Shown here one piece after another: positions 27,927 through 37,694 of a stretch of DNA of 64,000 nt (its first letter is position 1; each line of letters begins with the position of its first letter). The stretch lies in NCBI GenBank assembly GCA_031370785.1, contig JANMQY010000058.1, positions 78,612 through 142,611 of the forward strand, written 5' to 3'. This DNA comes from Candidatus Eiseniibacteriota bacterium (GTDB taxonomy: Bacteria > Eisenbacteria > RBG-16-71-46). The position numbers and the translations under genes were made by a program. Under the pieces are notes generated by a model, which ran no database searches, was not told the origin of the DNA, and worked only from the letters and a program-made list of their open reading frames with translations.

Positions 27927-29093
27927 ATGATGCGCGAACCCGCCGGGAAAAGCACATCCGGTCGCGAGTCCCGCTTCGGCCGCGAGCGCGGGTCGGACCC
28001 CAACCTGACGGGAATCGGAATGTCCCAGATCCAGACCAGAGACGTCCTCGCAGCGCTCGGCACCGTGCAGGATCCGGACCTTCACCGGGACCTGGTCACC
28101 CTCGGCATGATCGAGGAGGTAGTGATCGCGGACGGGCGCGTATCGTTCCGTCTGGTGCTCACCACCTCGGCCTGCCCGCTCAAGGGCCAGATCGAGGACG
28201 AGGCGCGCGCCGCGGTGGGTGCGCTGCCCGGAGTGCGTGAAGTGGTGATCGAAACCACCTCCCGGGTGCGCAAGGCCAAGGATCCGACCGCGGATCGCAA
28301 GGCGCTCGAGGGCGTGGGCCACGTGATCGCGATCGGATCGGGCAAGGGCGGCGTGGGCAAGTCCACCGTGAGCGCGAATCTCGCGGTGGCGCTGGCCATG
28401 ACCGGCGCCAGGGTCGGGCTGCTCGACGGGGACATCTACGGTCCCAACCTGCCGCGCATGCTCGGCGTGCATCGCCAGCCCTCGCAGCGCAACGGCAAGA
28501 TCGTTCCGGTCGAGGCGTGGGGCCTGCACTTCATGTCGATGGGCCTGCTGGTGGACCAGGGTGAAGCGGTGGTGTGGCGGGGCCCGATGCTGCACGGCGC
28601 GATCAAGAGCTTCCTGCACGACGTGGACTGGGGCGACCTCGACTACCTGCTCGTCGACCTTCCGCCCGGCACCGGCGACGTGCAGCTCTCGCTGATCCAG
28701 CAGACCCACATCGCCGGCGCGGTGGTGGTGACCACGCCCTCGATGGTCGCGATCGAGGATGCGGTCAAGGCGGTGAACATGTTCTCCAAGCTGCAGGTGC
28801 CGGTGCTCGGAGTGGTCGAGAACATGAGCTACTTCGAGTGTCCCAACTGCCACGAGCGCCACTCGATCTTCAGCACCGGAGATGCGGAGACCCGCGCGCT
28901 GGCCATGGGGCTTCCGTTCCTCGGCGCAATCCCGCTCCATCCCGACGTGCGCAGCGGCGGGGATACCGGGCGCCCGGTCGTAGTCGAGAAACCCGACAGC
29001 GAGTACGCGCGCGCGCTGAGCCGAATCGCCGGACACCTGGCGCAGCGCGTCTCGATCCAGACCCTTGGGGTCGCGGAGGATCTCCATGCGTGA
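27927..29093 (+). CDS. apbC: Fe-S cluster carrier ATPase Mrp/ApbC/NBP35 with N-terminal DUF59 (MIP18) domain
   Basis: It has the deviant Walker A GKGGVGKST and a CPxC-type motif (FECPNCH). A GGAG RBS precedes the ATG. Confidence 0.9.
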   Translation: MMREPAGKSTSGRESRFGRERGSDPNLTGIGMSQIQTRDVLAALGTVQDPDLHRDLVTLGMIEEVVIADGRVSFRLVLTTSACPLKGQIEDEARAAVGALPGVREVVIETTSRVRKAKDPTADRKALEGVGHVIAIGSGKGGVGKSTVSANLAVALAMTGARVGLLDGDIYGPNLPRMLGVHRQPSQRNGKIVPVEAWGLHFMSMGLLVDQGEAVVWRGPMLHGAIKSFLHDVDWGDLDYLLVDLPPGTGDVQLSLIQQTHIAGAVVVTTPSMVAIEDAVKAVNMFSKLQVPVLGVVENMSYFECPNCHERHSIFSTGDAETRALAMGLPFLGAIPLHPDVRSGGDTGRPVVVEKPDSEYARALSRIAGHLAQRVSIQTLGVAEDLHA

Positions 29094-30249
29094 GATCTAC
29101 GCCGATCACGCGGCCACCACGCCGCCGCTGCCGGAGGCGATCGAGGCAATGCGGCCGTTTCTCGGCGAGTCTTTCGGCAACGCTTCGTCGGTGCATCGAC
29201 GTGGAGAAGCCGCGCGCGATGCGATCGATCGGGCGCGCACCGAGGTGGCGCACCTGATCGGAGCTCTGCCGGAGGAGATCGTCTTCACCGCTTCCGGTTC
29301 CGAGGGCAACAATCTCGCGCTGCAGGGCGTGCTGGCCGGTGCGACCGGCGAGCGCCGCCGGCTCGTGATCTCGGCCATCGAGCACCCATCCGTGCTGGAG
29401 ACCGCGCGCCATCTCGAGTCACGCGGAGTGCCGCTCACCATCGTGCCGGTCGAACCCAACGGGATCGTGGATCTGGCGCGGGTTGCCTCTGCGCTCGGCC
29501 CCGATGTCGCGCTGGTCTCGATCATGTTCGTCAACAACGAGATCGGAACGGTGCAGCCGATCGCCGAGATCGCGGCCCTGGCCAGGGCCGCCGGCGCGCG
29601 CATGCACTGCGATGCGGTGCAGGCCGCGGGCAAGCTGCCGATCGACGTGAACGCGCTTGGCGTAGACCTGCTGACTCTCGCCGGACACAAGCTGGGCGGC
29701 CCGCTCGGAGCTGCCGCGCTCTACGTCCGGCGGCGGACGCGCCTGGTGCCGCTGGTCCATGGGGGACATCAGGAGCGATCGCGGCGCGCGGGCACCGAGA
29801 ATCTTCCGGCGATCGTGGGGCTTGGAGTCGCGGCCAGGGCTGCGGCGGGGCGGGTCCAGGGAGCTCGCCGGCTCGCCGCGCTCGCGAAACGGCTCGAGAC
29901 CGGGCTGCTCGCGATCGAGGGAACGAAGCTCAACGGAGATGCGGAACGGCGCGCGCCCGGAATCGTCAACCTTTGCTTCACGGGCGTGGACGGGGAAGCG
30001 GTGCTGCACGAGCTGGACCGCGAAGGCGTCACGGTGTCGACCGGCTCGGCATGCAGTGCGGCGACTCCGGGACCATCGCACGTGCTGCTCTCGCTCGGGC
30101 TTCGCCCGGAAGATGCGCATGCCAGCGTGCGATTCTCGCTGGGCGAAGGGAACGAGGCGGCGGACGTGGAATCCATTCTGGCCATCACACCGATCGTGAT
30201 CGAGAGGCTGCGCGCGCTCGATCGTCGTCCGGTCGAGCGCAGCGCGTAG
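29086..30249 (+). CDS. iscS: Cysteine desulfurase (IscS/NifS class)
   Basis: It is PLP-dependent with the motif SGHKLGGP and the active-site Cys SACSAA. It overlaps apbC by 8 bp. Confidence 0.88.
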   Translation: MREIYADHAATTPPLPEAIEAMRPFLGESFGNASSVHRRGEAARDAIDRARTEVAHLIGALPEEIVFTASGSEGNNLALQGVLAGATGERRRLVISAIEHPSVLETARHLESRGVPLTIVPVEPNGIVDLARVASALGPDVALVSIMFVNNEIGTVQPIAEIAALARAAGARMHCDAVQAAGKLPIDVNALGVDLLTLAGHKLGGPLGAAALYVRRRTRLVPLVHGGHQERSRRAGTENLPAIVGLGVAARAAAGRVQGARRLAALAKRLETGLLAIEGTKLNGDAERRAPGIVNLCFTGVDGEAVLHELDREGVTVSTGSACSAATPGPSHVLLSLGLRPEDAHASVRFSLGEGNEAADVESILAITPIVIERLRALDRRPVERSA

Positions 30250-30269
30250 GCTCGGGAGAGGAGCGGGGC

Positions 30270-31184
30270 GTGAATCAGCAGGAACAGTTCCGCCTGAAGG
30301 TAGGCCTGGCGGAGATGCTCAAGGGCGCGGTGATCATGGACGTAATGAGTGCGGACCAGGCCGAGATCGCGCAGGAGGCGGGAGCGGCGGCGGTGATGGC
30401 GCTCGAGCGGATCCCCTCGGAGATCCGGCGCCACGGCGGCGTCGCGCGTATGAGCGACCCGCAGATGATCCGCGCGATCCAGAAGGTGGTGGACATCCCG
30501 GTGATGGCGAAATGCCGGATCGGGCACATGGCCGAGGCGCAGATCCTCGAGGCGCTGGAAATCGACTTCGTGGACGAGAGCGAAGTGCTGACCCCCGCCG
30601 ACGAGGAGCATCACGTGTGGAAGCACGCGTTCAAGGTGCCGTTCGTGTGCGGCTGCCGGGATCTGGGCGAGGCGCTGCGCCGCATCGGTGAAGGCGCGGC
30701 GCTGATCCGGACCAAGGGCGAAGCCGGGACCGGAAACATCGTGGAGGCGGTGCGGCACATGCGCGCGGTGCAGAAGCACCTGAAGCGGCTGACTACGCTG
30801 CGCGACGACGAGCTGATGGCCGAGGCCAAGACTCTCGGGGCGCCGTTCGAGCTGGTGAAGCAGATCGCGAAGACCGGCCGGTTGCCGGTGCCGAATTTCG
30901 CGGCGGGAGGAGTGGCACTGCCGGCCGACGCGTCACTGATGATGCAGCTCGGGGCCGAGGCGGTATTCGTGGGCTCGGGGATCTTCGAGGTCGGAAAGGA
31001 TCTGTCGGCGCCTGAACAGCGCCGCGCGCAGCTCAGGATGGCGAGCGCGATCGTCAAGGCGGTGGCGAACTACGACAAGCCCGAGGTGCTGGCGGAAATC
31101 AGCACCGGGCTGCCTTCGGCGATGCGCGGGATCTCGCTCGAGACCCTGTCCGAAGAGCAGCTGCTCGCGAAGCGTGGATGGTGA
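30270..31184 (+). CDS. pdxS: Pyridoxal 5'-phosphate synthase lyase subunit PdxS
   Basis: It is a near-full-length match to the PdxS/SNZ family. The start is GTG after a GGGAGAGGAG RBS. Confidence 0.93.
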   Translation: MNQQEQFRLKVGLAEMLKGAVIMDVMSADQAEIAQEAGAAAVMALERIPSEIRRHGGVARMSDPQMIRAIQKVVDIPVMAKCRIGHMAEAQILEALEIDFVDESEVLTPADEEHHVWKHAFKVPFVCGCRDLGEALRRIGEGAALIRTKGEAGTGNIVEAVRHMRAVQKHLKRLTTLRDDELMAEAKTLGAPFELVKQIAKTGRLPVPNFAAGGVALPADASLMMQLGAEAVFVGSGIFEVGKDLSAPEQRRAQLRMASAIVKAVANYDKPEVLAEISTGLPSAMRGISLETLSEEQLLAKRGW

Positions 31185-31187
31185 AGC

Positions 31188-31841
31188 GTGGACGGTGAGC
31201 CGGTGTCACGCGCACGCGTCGGAGTGTTGAGCCTGCAGGGCGACTTCGCCCTGCACGCCGCCGCGCTCCAGACGCTCGGGATCGAGCCGGTGCGCGTCAC
31301 GCTGCCCGAGCATCTTGACGGGCTCGAGGCGCTGGTGCTGCCCGGCGGCGAATCCAGCACCATGCTGCGCCTGCTCGAAAGCACAGGCCTGCGCGCGCCT
31401 CTCGAGCGGTTCGTCGCCGGGAAGCCGGTGCTCGCTACCTGCGCCGGGCTGATTCTGCTCGCGCGCGAGGCGGATCGGCTGCCGCTGCCGACCCTGGGGG
31501 CGCTCGACATCAAGGTCGTGCGCAACGGCTACGGCCGCCAGATCCACTCGTTCAGCGGACCGGTCGAATTCGCGCCGTCCCCGGGCCCCGTGAACGGAGT
31601 GTTCATCCGCGCGCCGCGAATCCTCGAGGTGGGCAAGGGGGTCACGGTGGTCGCCCACCGCCCTGCCGGAGAGGGCGCAGCCCGCGAGCCGGTCGGTGTG
31701 CAGGCCGGGCGCATCCTGGGCCTCGCGTTCCATCCCGAGCTGACCGGCGATCTGCGTTTCCATCGCTGGTTCCTTTCCGAGCTGGCCGGCCTCGCCGTGC
31801 CTCGCGCCGAGAGCTCCCGGACTTCCTCGGAGGCGGCATGA
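31188..31841 (+). CDS. pdxT: Pyridoxal 5'-phosphate synthase glutaminase subunit PdxT
   Basis: It is a class I glutamine amidotransferase (LPGGESST, ATCAG) directly after pdxS. Confidence 0.9.
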   Translation: MDGEPVSRARVGVLSLQGDFALHAAALQTLGIEPVRVTLPEHLDGLEALVLPGGESSTMLRLLESTGLRAPLERFVAGKPVLATCAGLILLAREADRLPLPTLGALDIKVVRNGYGRQIHSFSGPVEFAPSPGPVNGVFIRAPRILEVGKGVTVVAHRPAGEGAAREPVGVQAGRILGLAFHPELTGDLRFHRWFLSELAGLAVPRAESSRTSSEAA

Positions 31842-32866
31842 CGCCCGCTTCGACCGAGCGGCGCGCCCTGCACGACTTCGTCGCGAAGCATCAGCGCTTT
31901 CTGCTCACCACCCACCTCAATCCCGATGGAGACGCGATCGGCAGTGAGGTGGCCTTCGCCCGCTGGTTGCGCGCGATGGGAAAGACGGTACGCATCCTGA
32001 ACGACTCGGTGACTCCGACCGCGTTCCTGTTCCTCACCGAGGAAGATCCGATCGAGGTCTACGAGCTGGCGCTTGCGGAACAGCGCTTTGCCGAGGCCGA
32101 CGCGCTGGTGGTCCTCGACACCAGCAACCGCCAGCGCATCGGGCGGCTCGCCGCGGTGATCGACCGCCACGCGATCGCGGTCGCGGTGGTGGACCATCAC
32201 GTCTCGCATGCGAGCGGATTCGGACAGGTGAACCTGATCGAGCCGGAGGTGGCCGCGACCGGCGAGCTGGTGTACGACCTGATGCGCGAGTCGGATTGCC
32301 CGATCGATCGCATCACCGCCGAGGCGCTCTACGTCGCACTGATGACCGACACCGGCGGATTCCGCTATTCCAACACCGACAGCCACGCACATCATATGGC
32401 GGCCGAGCTGCTCGGGCTGGGCCTCGATCCGCAGGTGATCCACGCCAAGGTCCACTCCAACGCGCCGGCGGGTCGGCTGCGGTTCTTCGGCGAGGTGCTG
32501 GCCAGGCTCGAAATGCTCGGCGAGGGCAGGCTCGCGGTGCTGGAAGCCTCTCCCGAGCAGTTCCAGCGCCACGGACTGGTGGGCGCCGACACCGAGGGGC
32601 TGGTGGACCTGCCGCGCAGCATCGCGGGAGTCGAAGCGGTCGCGCTCTTCTCGGAAGTCGAGCCGGGCAAGGTGAAGGTCAGCCTGCGCTCGACCGGCCG
32701 CATCGCGATCGATCAGGTGTGCACCCGGCTCGGAGGCGGCGGGCATCCGCACGCCGCGGGTGTGCTGCTGCGCGCCACCCGCGAGCAGGCGCGGGCCAGG
32801 GTCCTGCCGGAGATCGAGGCGCTGCTGGCGCGCCGCGACCCCGCCGCGGCGCGGCCCGGCCCATGA
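31838..32866 (+). CDS. nrnA: DHH-family bifunctional oligoribonuclease / pAp phosphatase NrnA
   Basis: DHH and DHHA1 motifs are present (NPDGDAIGS, DHH). The start overlaps the pdxT stop as ATGA. Confidence 0.85.
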   Translation: MTPASTERRALHDFVAKHQRFLLTTHLNPDGDAIGSEVAFARWLRAMGKTVRILNDSVTPTAFLFLTEEDPIEVYELALAEQRFAEADALVVLDTSNRQRIGRLAAVIDRHAIAVAVVDHHVSHASGFGQVNLIEPEVAATGELVYDLMRESDCPIDRITAEALYVALMTDTGGFRYSNTDSHAHHMAAELLGLGLDPQVIHAKVHSNAPAGRLRFFGEVLARLEMLGEGRLAVLEASPEQFQRHGLVGADTEGLVDLPRSIAGVEAVALFSEVEPGKVKVSLRSTGRIAIDQVCTRLGGGGHPHAAGVLLRATREQARARVLPEIEALLARRDPAAARPGP

Positions 32867-33534
32867 GCGTCGCCGCCGCTCCGCTCGCGGTGTGCGCGCT
32901 CTCGCTCGAGGCTCGCTCGCTCGCGCATCGCTACGGGAGCCGCCGCGCGCTCGAGCGCATCGACTTCACGCTCGAGGGCAACGGGGTCACCGCGGTGACC
33001 GGACCGAACGGCTCGGGCAAGAGCACGCTGCTTCGCATCATCGCAGGACTCCTCCGCCCGAGCGAGGGTGAGGCGCGGCTCGCGGTTCACGGGCGAACGC
33101 TCTGCGCGGGAGAGAGGCGCCTGGGCGTCGGTCTGGCTGCGCCCGAGATGGCGTTCTACGAGGAGCTGAGCGTTGAGGAGAACCTGCGCTTCGCCGCCGA
33201 GGCCCGCGCGCTGAGCGGCGCGGCGGCGCGGGTCGCGACCGCGCTCCAGCGGGTCGGGCTCACCGCCCGTGCCGACGATCGGGTCGCGGCGCTGTCGAGC
33301 GGCATGCAGCAGCGCCTGCGCGTGGCGTTCGCGATCCTGCACGCGCCGCCGCTGCTGCTGCTCGACGAGCCGGGCGGGCACCTGGACGACGAGGGCCGCG
33401 CCGCGATCGAGCGCGTCATTGCCGAACATGCGCAGAGCGGTCACGTGCTGCTGGCCACCAACGACGAAAGGGAGTGGCGACTTGCCGGGCGACGCATCCC
33501 GCTCCGCGGCCGCGGTCTGGGCGATCCTTCGTAA
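32863..33534 (+). CDS. ccmA: Heme exporter ABC ATPase CcmA
   Basis: Walker A (GPNGSGKST) and the ABC signature are present. It is the first gene of the ccm cluster and overlaps the nrnA stop as ATGA. Confidence 0.85.
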   Translation: MSVAAAPLAVCALSLEARSLAHRYGSRRALERIDFTLEGNGVTAVTGPNGSGKSTLLRIIAGLLRPSEGEARLAVHGRTLCAGERRLGVGLAAPEMAFYEELSVEENLRFAAEARALSGAAARVATALQRVGLTARADDRVAALSSGMQQRLRVAFAILHAPPLLLLDEPGGHLDDEGRAAIERVIAEHAQSGHVLLATNDEREWRLAGRRIPLRGRGLGDPS

Positions 33535-34156
33535 GGAATGCCGCAGCGAGTGGCGCACACGCTGGGGGCTCAATGCCGCATTGCTGTTTTCGGTGACGAC
33601 CCTGACCGCGGTGAGCTTCGCGGTCGGACGCATGCCGGATCGGTCCGACGTGCTTTCCGCGCTGCTGTGGATCGTGCTGCTGTTCGCCTCCCTGGCTTCA
33701 CTCGCGCATGCGTTCGTGCGCGAGGTCGAGGGCCACACTCTGAGTGTGCTCAGGCTGGTCGCCTCACCGACCGAGATCGCGCTCGGGAAACTGCTGTTCA
33801 ATCTGGTGTTCCTGCTGGTGCTCGAGATCGTGACCGTGCCTCTGTTCCTGACGCTGATGGGTGCGCCGCCGCCGCGCTGGGGAGCGTTCACTTCGGTCCT
33901 GCTGCTCGGCACCGTGGGTCTGGCCGCGGCTGGCACGCTGATCGGCGCGCTCATCGCGCAGACCCGGAGCCGGGGCGCGCTGTTCGCTGCGGTGTCGCTG
34001 CCGCTGCTCCTTCCGGTGCTCGCGGCGGCGGTGAGCGGCACGCGCGCGCAGTGGGCGGGCGGCGCGATCGACGCGCAGGTCCGCATGCTCGCGTCCTACG
34101 CGCTCGGCGTCATCGCGGTGAGCCTGATGCTCTACGACCATCTGTGGGAGGAGTGA
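33482..34156 (+). CDS. ccmB: Heme exporter permease CcmB
   Basis: The N-terminus aligns with CcmB (WAILRKECRSEW versus WRIFRLELRVAF in E. coli). The start is uncertain (TTG at 33482) and overlaps the ccmA 3' end. Confidence 0.72.
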   Translation: MPGDASRSAAAVWAILRKECRSEWRTRWGLNAALLFSVTTLTAVSFAVGRMPDRSDVLSALLWIVLLFASLASLAHAFVREVEGHTLSVLRLVASPTEIALGKLLFNLVFLLVLEIVTVPLFLTLMGAPPPRWGAFTSVLLLGTVGLAAAGTLIGALIAQTRSRGALFAAVSLPLLLPVLAAAVSGTRAQWAGGAIDAQVRMLASYALGVIAVSLMLYDHLWEE

Positions 34157-34157
34157 C

Positions 34158-34811
34158 GTGATCGCGAGGGCCCTGCTGTTCGTGTGGATCGCGTGCGCCA
34201 TCACTGCGGGTTTCCTGTGGGCGCCGCTGGTGCCCGTGCTCGGAGAAACCACGCGGGTGTTCTACTTCCACTTTCCGGCGGCGCTGGTGACCTGCCTCGC
34301 GCTCGGCTGGTCGATGGTGCACAGCGTGCTGTATCTTCGGTCGCGCGATCTCGTTCACGACGATCATGCGGCGGCCGCAGCCGAGCTGGGGCTGCTGTTC
34401 TGCGTCGCTGCGACGGTCAGCGGCTCGATGTGGGCGAAGGCGATGTGGGGCGCCTACTGGAACTGGGATCCGCGCGAGACGTCGATCTTCTTCCTGATGC
34501 TGATCTACGGAGCCTATCTCGCGCTTCGCGCCAGCATCGAGGATCCGGTGCGCCGGGCGCGGCTCGCCGCGATCTATTCGTCGATCGCGTTCGTGGCCGT
34601 GCCGTTTCTCGTGTTCGTGGTGCCGCGCATCTACTTCTCGCTGCATCCGGACCCGCTGATCAACGCACGCGGCAAGCCGGACATGGACTGGCGTATCATG
34701 GTGTCCGCGGGCGCGATGTTGGTGGGGTTCACCGCGCTGTTCTTCTGGATGCTGACCTTGCGGGTGCGCGTGGGACGGCTCGCGCGCAGGCTCGAGGACG
34801 AGGCGGCGTGA
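34158..34811 (+). CDS. ccmC: Heme exporter protein CcmC
   Basis: The WWD motif (WGAYWNWDPRE) and conserved His residues are present. The start is GTG. Confidence 0.9.
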   Translation: MIARALLFVWIACAITAGFLWAPLVPVLGETTRVFYFHFPAALVTCLALGWSMVHSVLYLRSRDLVHDDHAAAAAELGLLFCVAATVSGSMWAKAMWGAYWNWDPRETSIFFLMLIYGAYLALRASIEDPVRRARLAAIYSSIAFVAVPFLVFVVPRIYFSLHPDPLINARGKPDMDWRIMVSAGAMLVGFTALFFWMLTLRVRVGRLARRLEDEAA

Positions 34812-34830
34812 GCCGCGTGAGGAGCGAGGG

Positions 34831-34938
34831 TTGAGCGGAAACCTGGTGGTGCTGGGAGTCGCCCTGCTGGTGTGGGGCCTGCTGTTCCTGTATCTCATCC
34901 GTCTGGAGCGCCGCATCCAGGACTTGGAGAAGTCATGA
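34831..34938 (+). CDS. ccmD: Heme exporter protein CcmD (35 aa, single TM)
   Basis: A small TM ORF (LSGNLVVLGVALLVWGLLFLYLIRLERRIQDLEKS) lies between ccmC and ccmE. Its stop overlaps the ccmE ATG as ATGA. The start codon is uncertain (TTG or GTG). Confidence 0.55.
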   Translation: MSGNLVVLGVALLVWGLLFLYLIRLERRIQDLEKS

Positions 34939-35324
34939 ACATCAAGCTGGTGCTGGCGATGGTGCTGCTCGCGGTGGCGGTCGGAATCGGTGTGACCAGC
35001 TTCCAGAAATCGGTCACTCCCTACATCTCGTTCGCCGAGGCGCGCCACACCACGGGACTGGTGCAGGTCAACGGAGTGCTCGCCGACAAGAACTACGTGC
35101 TCAAGCCCGACGAGCAGTTCCTCGAGTTCAGGCTCAAGGACGCGAAGAGCGAAGTGATGGACGTGAAGTATCGCGGAGTGATCCCCGGCAACTTCGACCA
35201 GGCGGTCTCGGTGGTGGCGATCGGCCGCTATCAGGGCGATCACTTCGAGGCCGAGCAGCTGCTGGTCAAGTGCCCATCCAAGTATCAGGCGGAGGCCGAG
35301 CGGCAGCAGGGGAAGACTTCGTGA
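34935..35324 (+). CDS. ccmE: Cytochrome c maturation heme chaperone CcmE, CxxxY variant
   Basis: It has an N-terminal TM and an OB-fold. At the position of the E. coli heme-binding motif LAKHDENY it has LVKCPSKY, so Cys replaces His130. Confidence 0.88.
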   Translation: MNIKLVLAMVLLAVAVGIGVTSFQKSVTPYISFAEARHTTGLVQVNGVLADKNYVLKPDEQFLEFRLKDAKSEVMDVKYRGVIPGNFDQAVSVVAIGRYQGDHFEAEQLLVKCPSKYQAEAERQQGKTS

Positions 35325-37600
35325 CCCTTCGCCCGCTGCTGCGGGGCGTCGGGTTGCTGATCGCCCTTTCGGTAGTGCCGGCGGCGCTGAGCGCGGCCGG
35401 CGCGCTCAACCCGGGACAGGCCATCACCTGGGTCGCGTTCCTCGCCTCCCTGGTGGCCGCGCTCGGATTCCTGGCCGCGACCGGCGGGCGCGAGGGCGCA
35501 CTGCCGATCGCGCGCACCGCGTACCGCATCCAGTGGTTCGCCTACCTCGCCGGAGCCGCCTACCTCTGGCAGATCCTGTTCGCTCACGACTTCCGCTTCC
35601 AGTACGTGGCCTCCTACTCCTCGCTTGCCATGCCGGCGCGCTACGTCTACGCGGCGTTCTGGGGTGGGCAGGAGGGCACCTTCATGCTGTGGGCGCTCAT
35701 CACCTGCACCCTGGGCCTGGTGCTGCTGCGGGTGAAGCATGGGCTGACCGTGCCGGCGATGTTCTTCTTGAACCTGCCGCTGGTCATGCTCGGGCTGGTC
35801 ACCGTGATGCGCGGGCCGTTCCTCGAGTTTCCGGCCGCGCGCATACCGCTCGACGGCAATGGGTTGAATCCGCTGCTGCAGGACCCGTGGATGACGATTC
35901 ATCCGCCGGTGCTGTTCACCGGATTCTCGTCCCTGGTCGTGCCGTTCGCGATCGCGATGGCGGCGCTGGTGAAGCGCGAGTACGACGCGTGGATCAAGCT
36001 GGCGCTGCCGTGGGTCGTGCTCAGCGCCGCAGTGCTGTCCATGGGATTCATCATGGGCGGGGTATGGGCGTACAAGGTGCTGGGCTGGGGAGGCTACTGG
36101 GGCTGGGATCCGGTCGAGAACGGCTCGCTGATTCCGTGGCTCTCGAACATCGCGCTGCTGCACGGGCTGCTGGTTCAGCGCGTGACCGGAAGCCTTCGCC
36201 GGACCAACTTCTTCCTCGCGATCACCTCGTACGTGCTGGTGCTGTACGCCTCGTTCCTGACCCGCAGCGGTGTGCTCGCGGATTTCTCCGTGCACTCGTT
36301 CGTGAACCTCGGGCTCAACGGGTTCCTGCTCACCTTCCTCGGAACGATCGCGGTGGTCGGCTATGGAACGCTGCTGTGGCGCCTGCGCGACATCCCGGCG
36401 CCGAAGCAACCGCTCGGAAACTTCTCGCGCGAGTCCATGATGTGGCTCGGACAGCTGGTGTTCATGCTGATGTGCGCGCTGACCGCGGTCGGCATGAGTG
36501 CGCCGCTGCTCACCCGGCTGTTCGGTCCGCCCTCCAACGTGCAGACCTCGTACTACAACCTGGTGAACGCGCCGCTGGCGATCGCGATGGGCCTGCTGCT
36601 CGGCATCGCTCCACTGATGCGCTGGCGCGAGCACGAGCCGCGCGCGTTGCTGCGCGCGGCGCTTCCCTCGCTGGTGATCGCGCTGCTGGTGACGCTCACC
36701 GCGATCGCGATGGGAATGCGCGAGGCGATTCCGGCGCTGGTGGTGTTCGGCGCGGCGTTCGCGCTCGCCTCCAACGCGGTGGTGACGGTTCGTGGCTTCC
36801 GCGCCGGGTGGAAGCATGGCGTCGCCTTTCTCGGGCACATGGGGGTCGCGCTGCTGCTGATCGGCGTGGTCGCATCGTCGCACTACGGCAACGCGGTGCA
36901 GGTTCAACTGCCGCGTGGCGAGCAGCGCTCGGCGCTCGGCTACCGCCTGACCTATCAGGGCGTGCGGCAGGAGAGCGATGGGAAGAACCGGGTGATGATC
37001 GCGGTGGATGCGCCGGAGCGGAAGTTCGAGGCGGTGCCCGCGCTCTACTGGAGTCCGTTCAACCAGGGCTACATGAAGAAGCCGCACATCGAGCGCTTCC
37101 TCACCCACGACATCTACATCTCGCCGCTCGAGATGGTGGGCGAGGGCGACGACGCGGCAGGCGCGGTGTGGCTGGCGAAGGGCGAGAGCCGCAAGATCGG
37201 GCAGGTCACCTACACGTTCGTGGATTTCGATCCGCAGATGGGCGAGGTGGTGCGGATCGCGGCGCGGCTGCGTGCGGAGATCGGCGGGCGCACCGTTCCC
37301 GTCCGGCCGGTGCTCGAGATGAACCTGAAGACCGGCACCCGCAACTCGATCCCGGACTACCTGCCGGGCGGCGGCTCGGTCGAGATCGTGAAGGTCGATC
37401 CCAACACCGGGCGGGTCGCGTTGAACCTGCCTGGCGCCGCGTCCACGGCGCACCCGGCCGATGTGCTCGCGGTCGAAGTGAGCACCAAGCCGCTCATCAA
37501 TCTGGTCTGGCTGGGGGCCATCGTGATGCTGGTCAGCACGTTCCTGAGTGTTGCGCGCCGTGCGATGGATCTGGGGGAAAAGCGATCCGCGCGCACTTGA
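35321..37600 (+). CDS. ccmF: Cytochrome c-type biogenesis heme lyase component CcmF
   Basis: It is a large polytopic protein with a WWD domain. The GTG start overlaps the ccmE stop as GTGA. Confidence 0.9.
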   Translation: MTLRPLLRGVGLLIALSVVPAALSAAGALNPGQAITWVAFLASLVAALGFLAATGGREGALPIARTAYRIQWFAYLAGAAYLWQILFAHDFRFQYVASYSSLAMPARYVYAAFWGGQEGTFMLWALITCTLGLVLLRVKHGLTVPAMFFLNLPLVMLGLVTVMRGPFLEFPAARIPLDGNGLNPLLQDPWMTIHPPVLFTGFSSLVVPFAIAMAALVKREYDAWIKLALPWVVLSAAVLSMGFIMGGVWAYKVLGWGGYWGWDPVENGSLIPWLSNIALLHGLLVQRVTGSLRRTNFFLAITSYVLVLYASFLTRSGVLADFSVHSFVNLGLNGFLLTFLGTIAVVGYGTLLWRLRDIPAPKQPLGNFSRESMMWLGQLVFMLMCALTAVGMSAPLLTRLFGPPSNVQTSYYNLVNAPLAIAMGLLLGIAPLMRWREHEPRALLRAALPSLVIALLVTLTAIAMGMREAIPALVVFGAAFALASNAVVTVRGFRAGWKHGVAFLGHMGVALLLIGVVASSHYGNAVQVQLPRGEQRSALGYRLTYQGVRQESDGKNRVMIAVDAPERKFEAVPALYWSPFNQGYMKKPHIERFLTHDIYISPLEMVGEGDDAAGAVWLAKGESRKIGQVTYTFVDFDPQMGEVVRIAARLRAEIGGRTVPVRPVLEMNLKTGTRNSIPDYLPGGGSVEIVKVDPNTGRVALNLPGAASTAHPADVLAVEVSTKPLINLVWLGAIVMLVSTFLSVARRAMDLGEKRSART

Positions 37601-37694
37601 AGCTGCACAGTGGAGTATCATGCCGGTCGGCTCCCCCCGATTTCCTTGGCCGGCGTGCGGTTTGCCGAAATTCGCCGCATCCCGGAGTGGCCTC

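Noticed and set aside
27776-28063. Full-length 95-aa minus-strand ORF overlapping the apbC 5' end
   Set aside because: It overlaps the apbC coding sequence in antisense and is R/G/P-rich. Only its last 50 codons (27779-27928, intergenic) are kept as a weak candidate in the findings.
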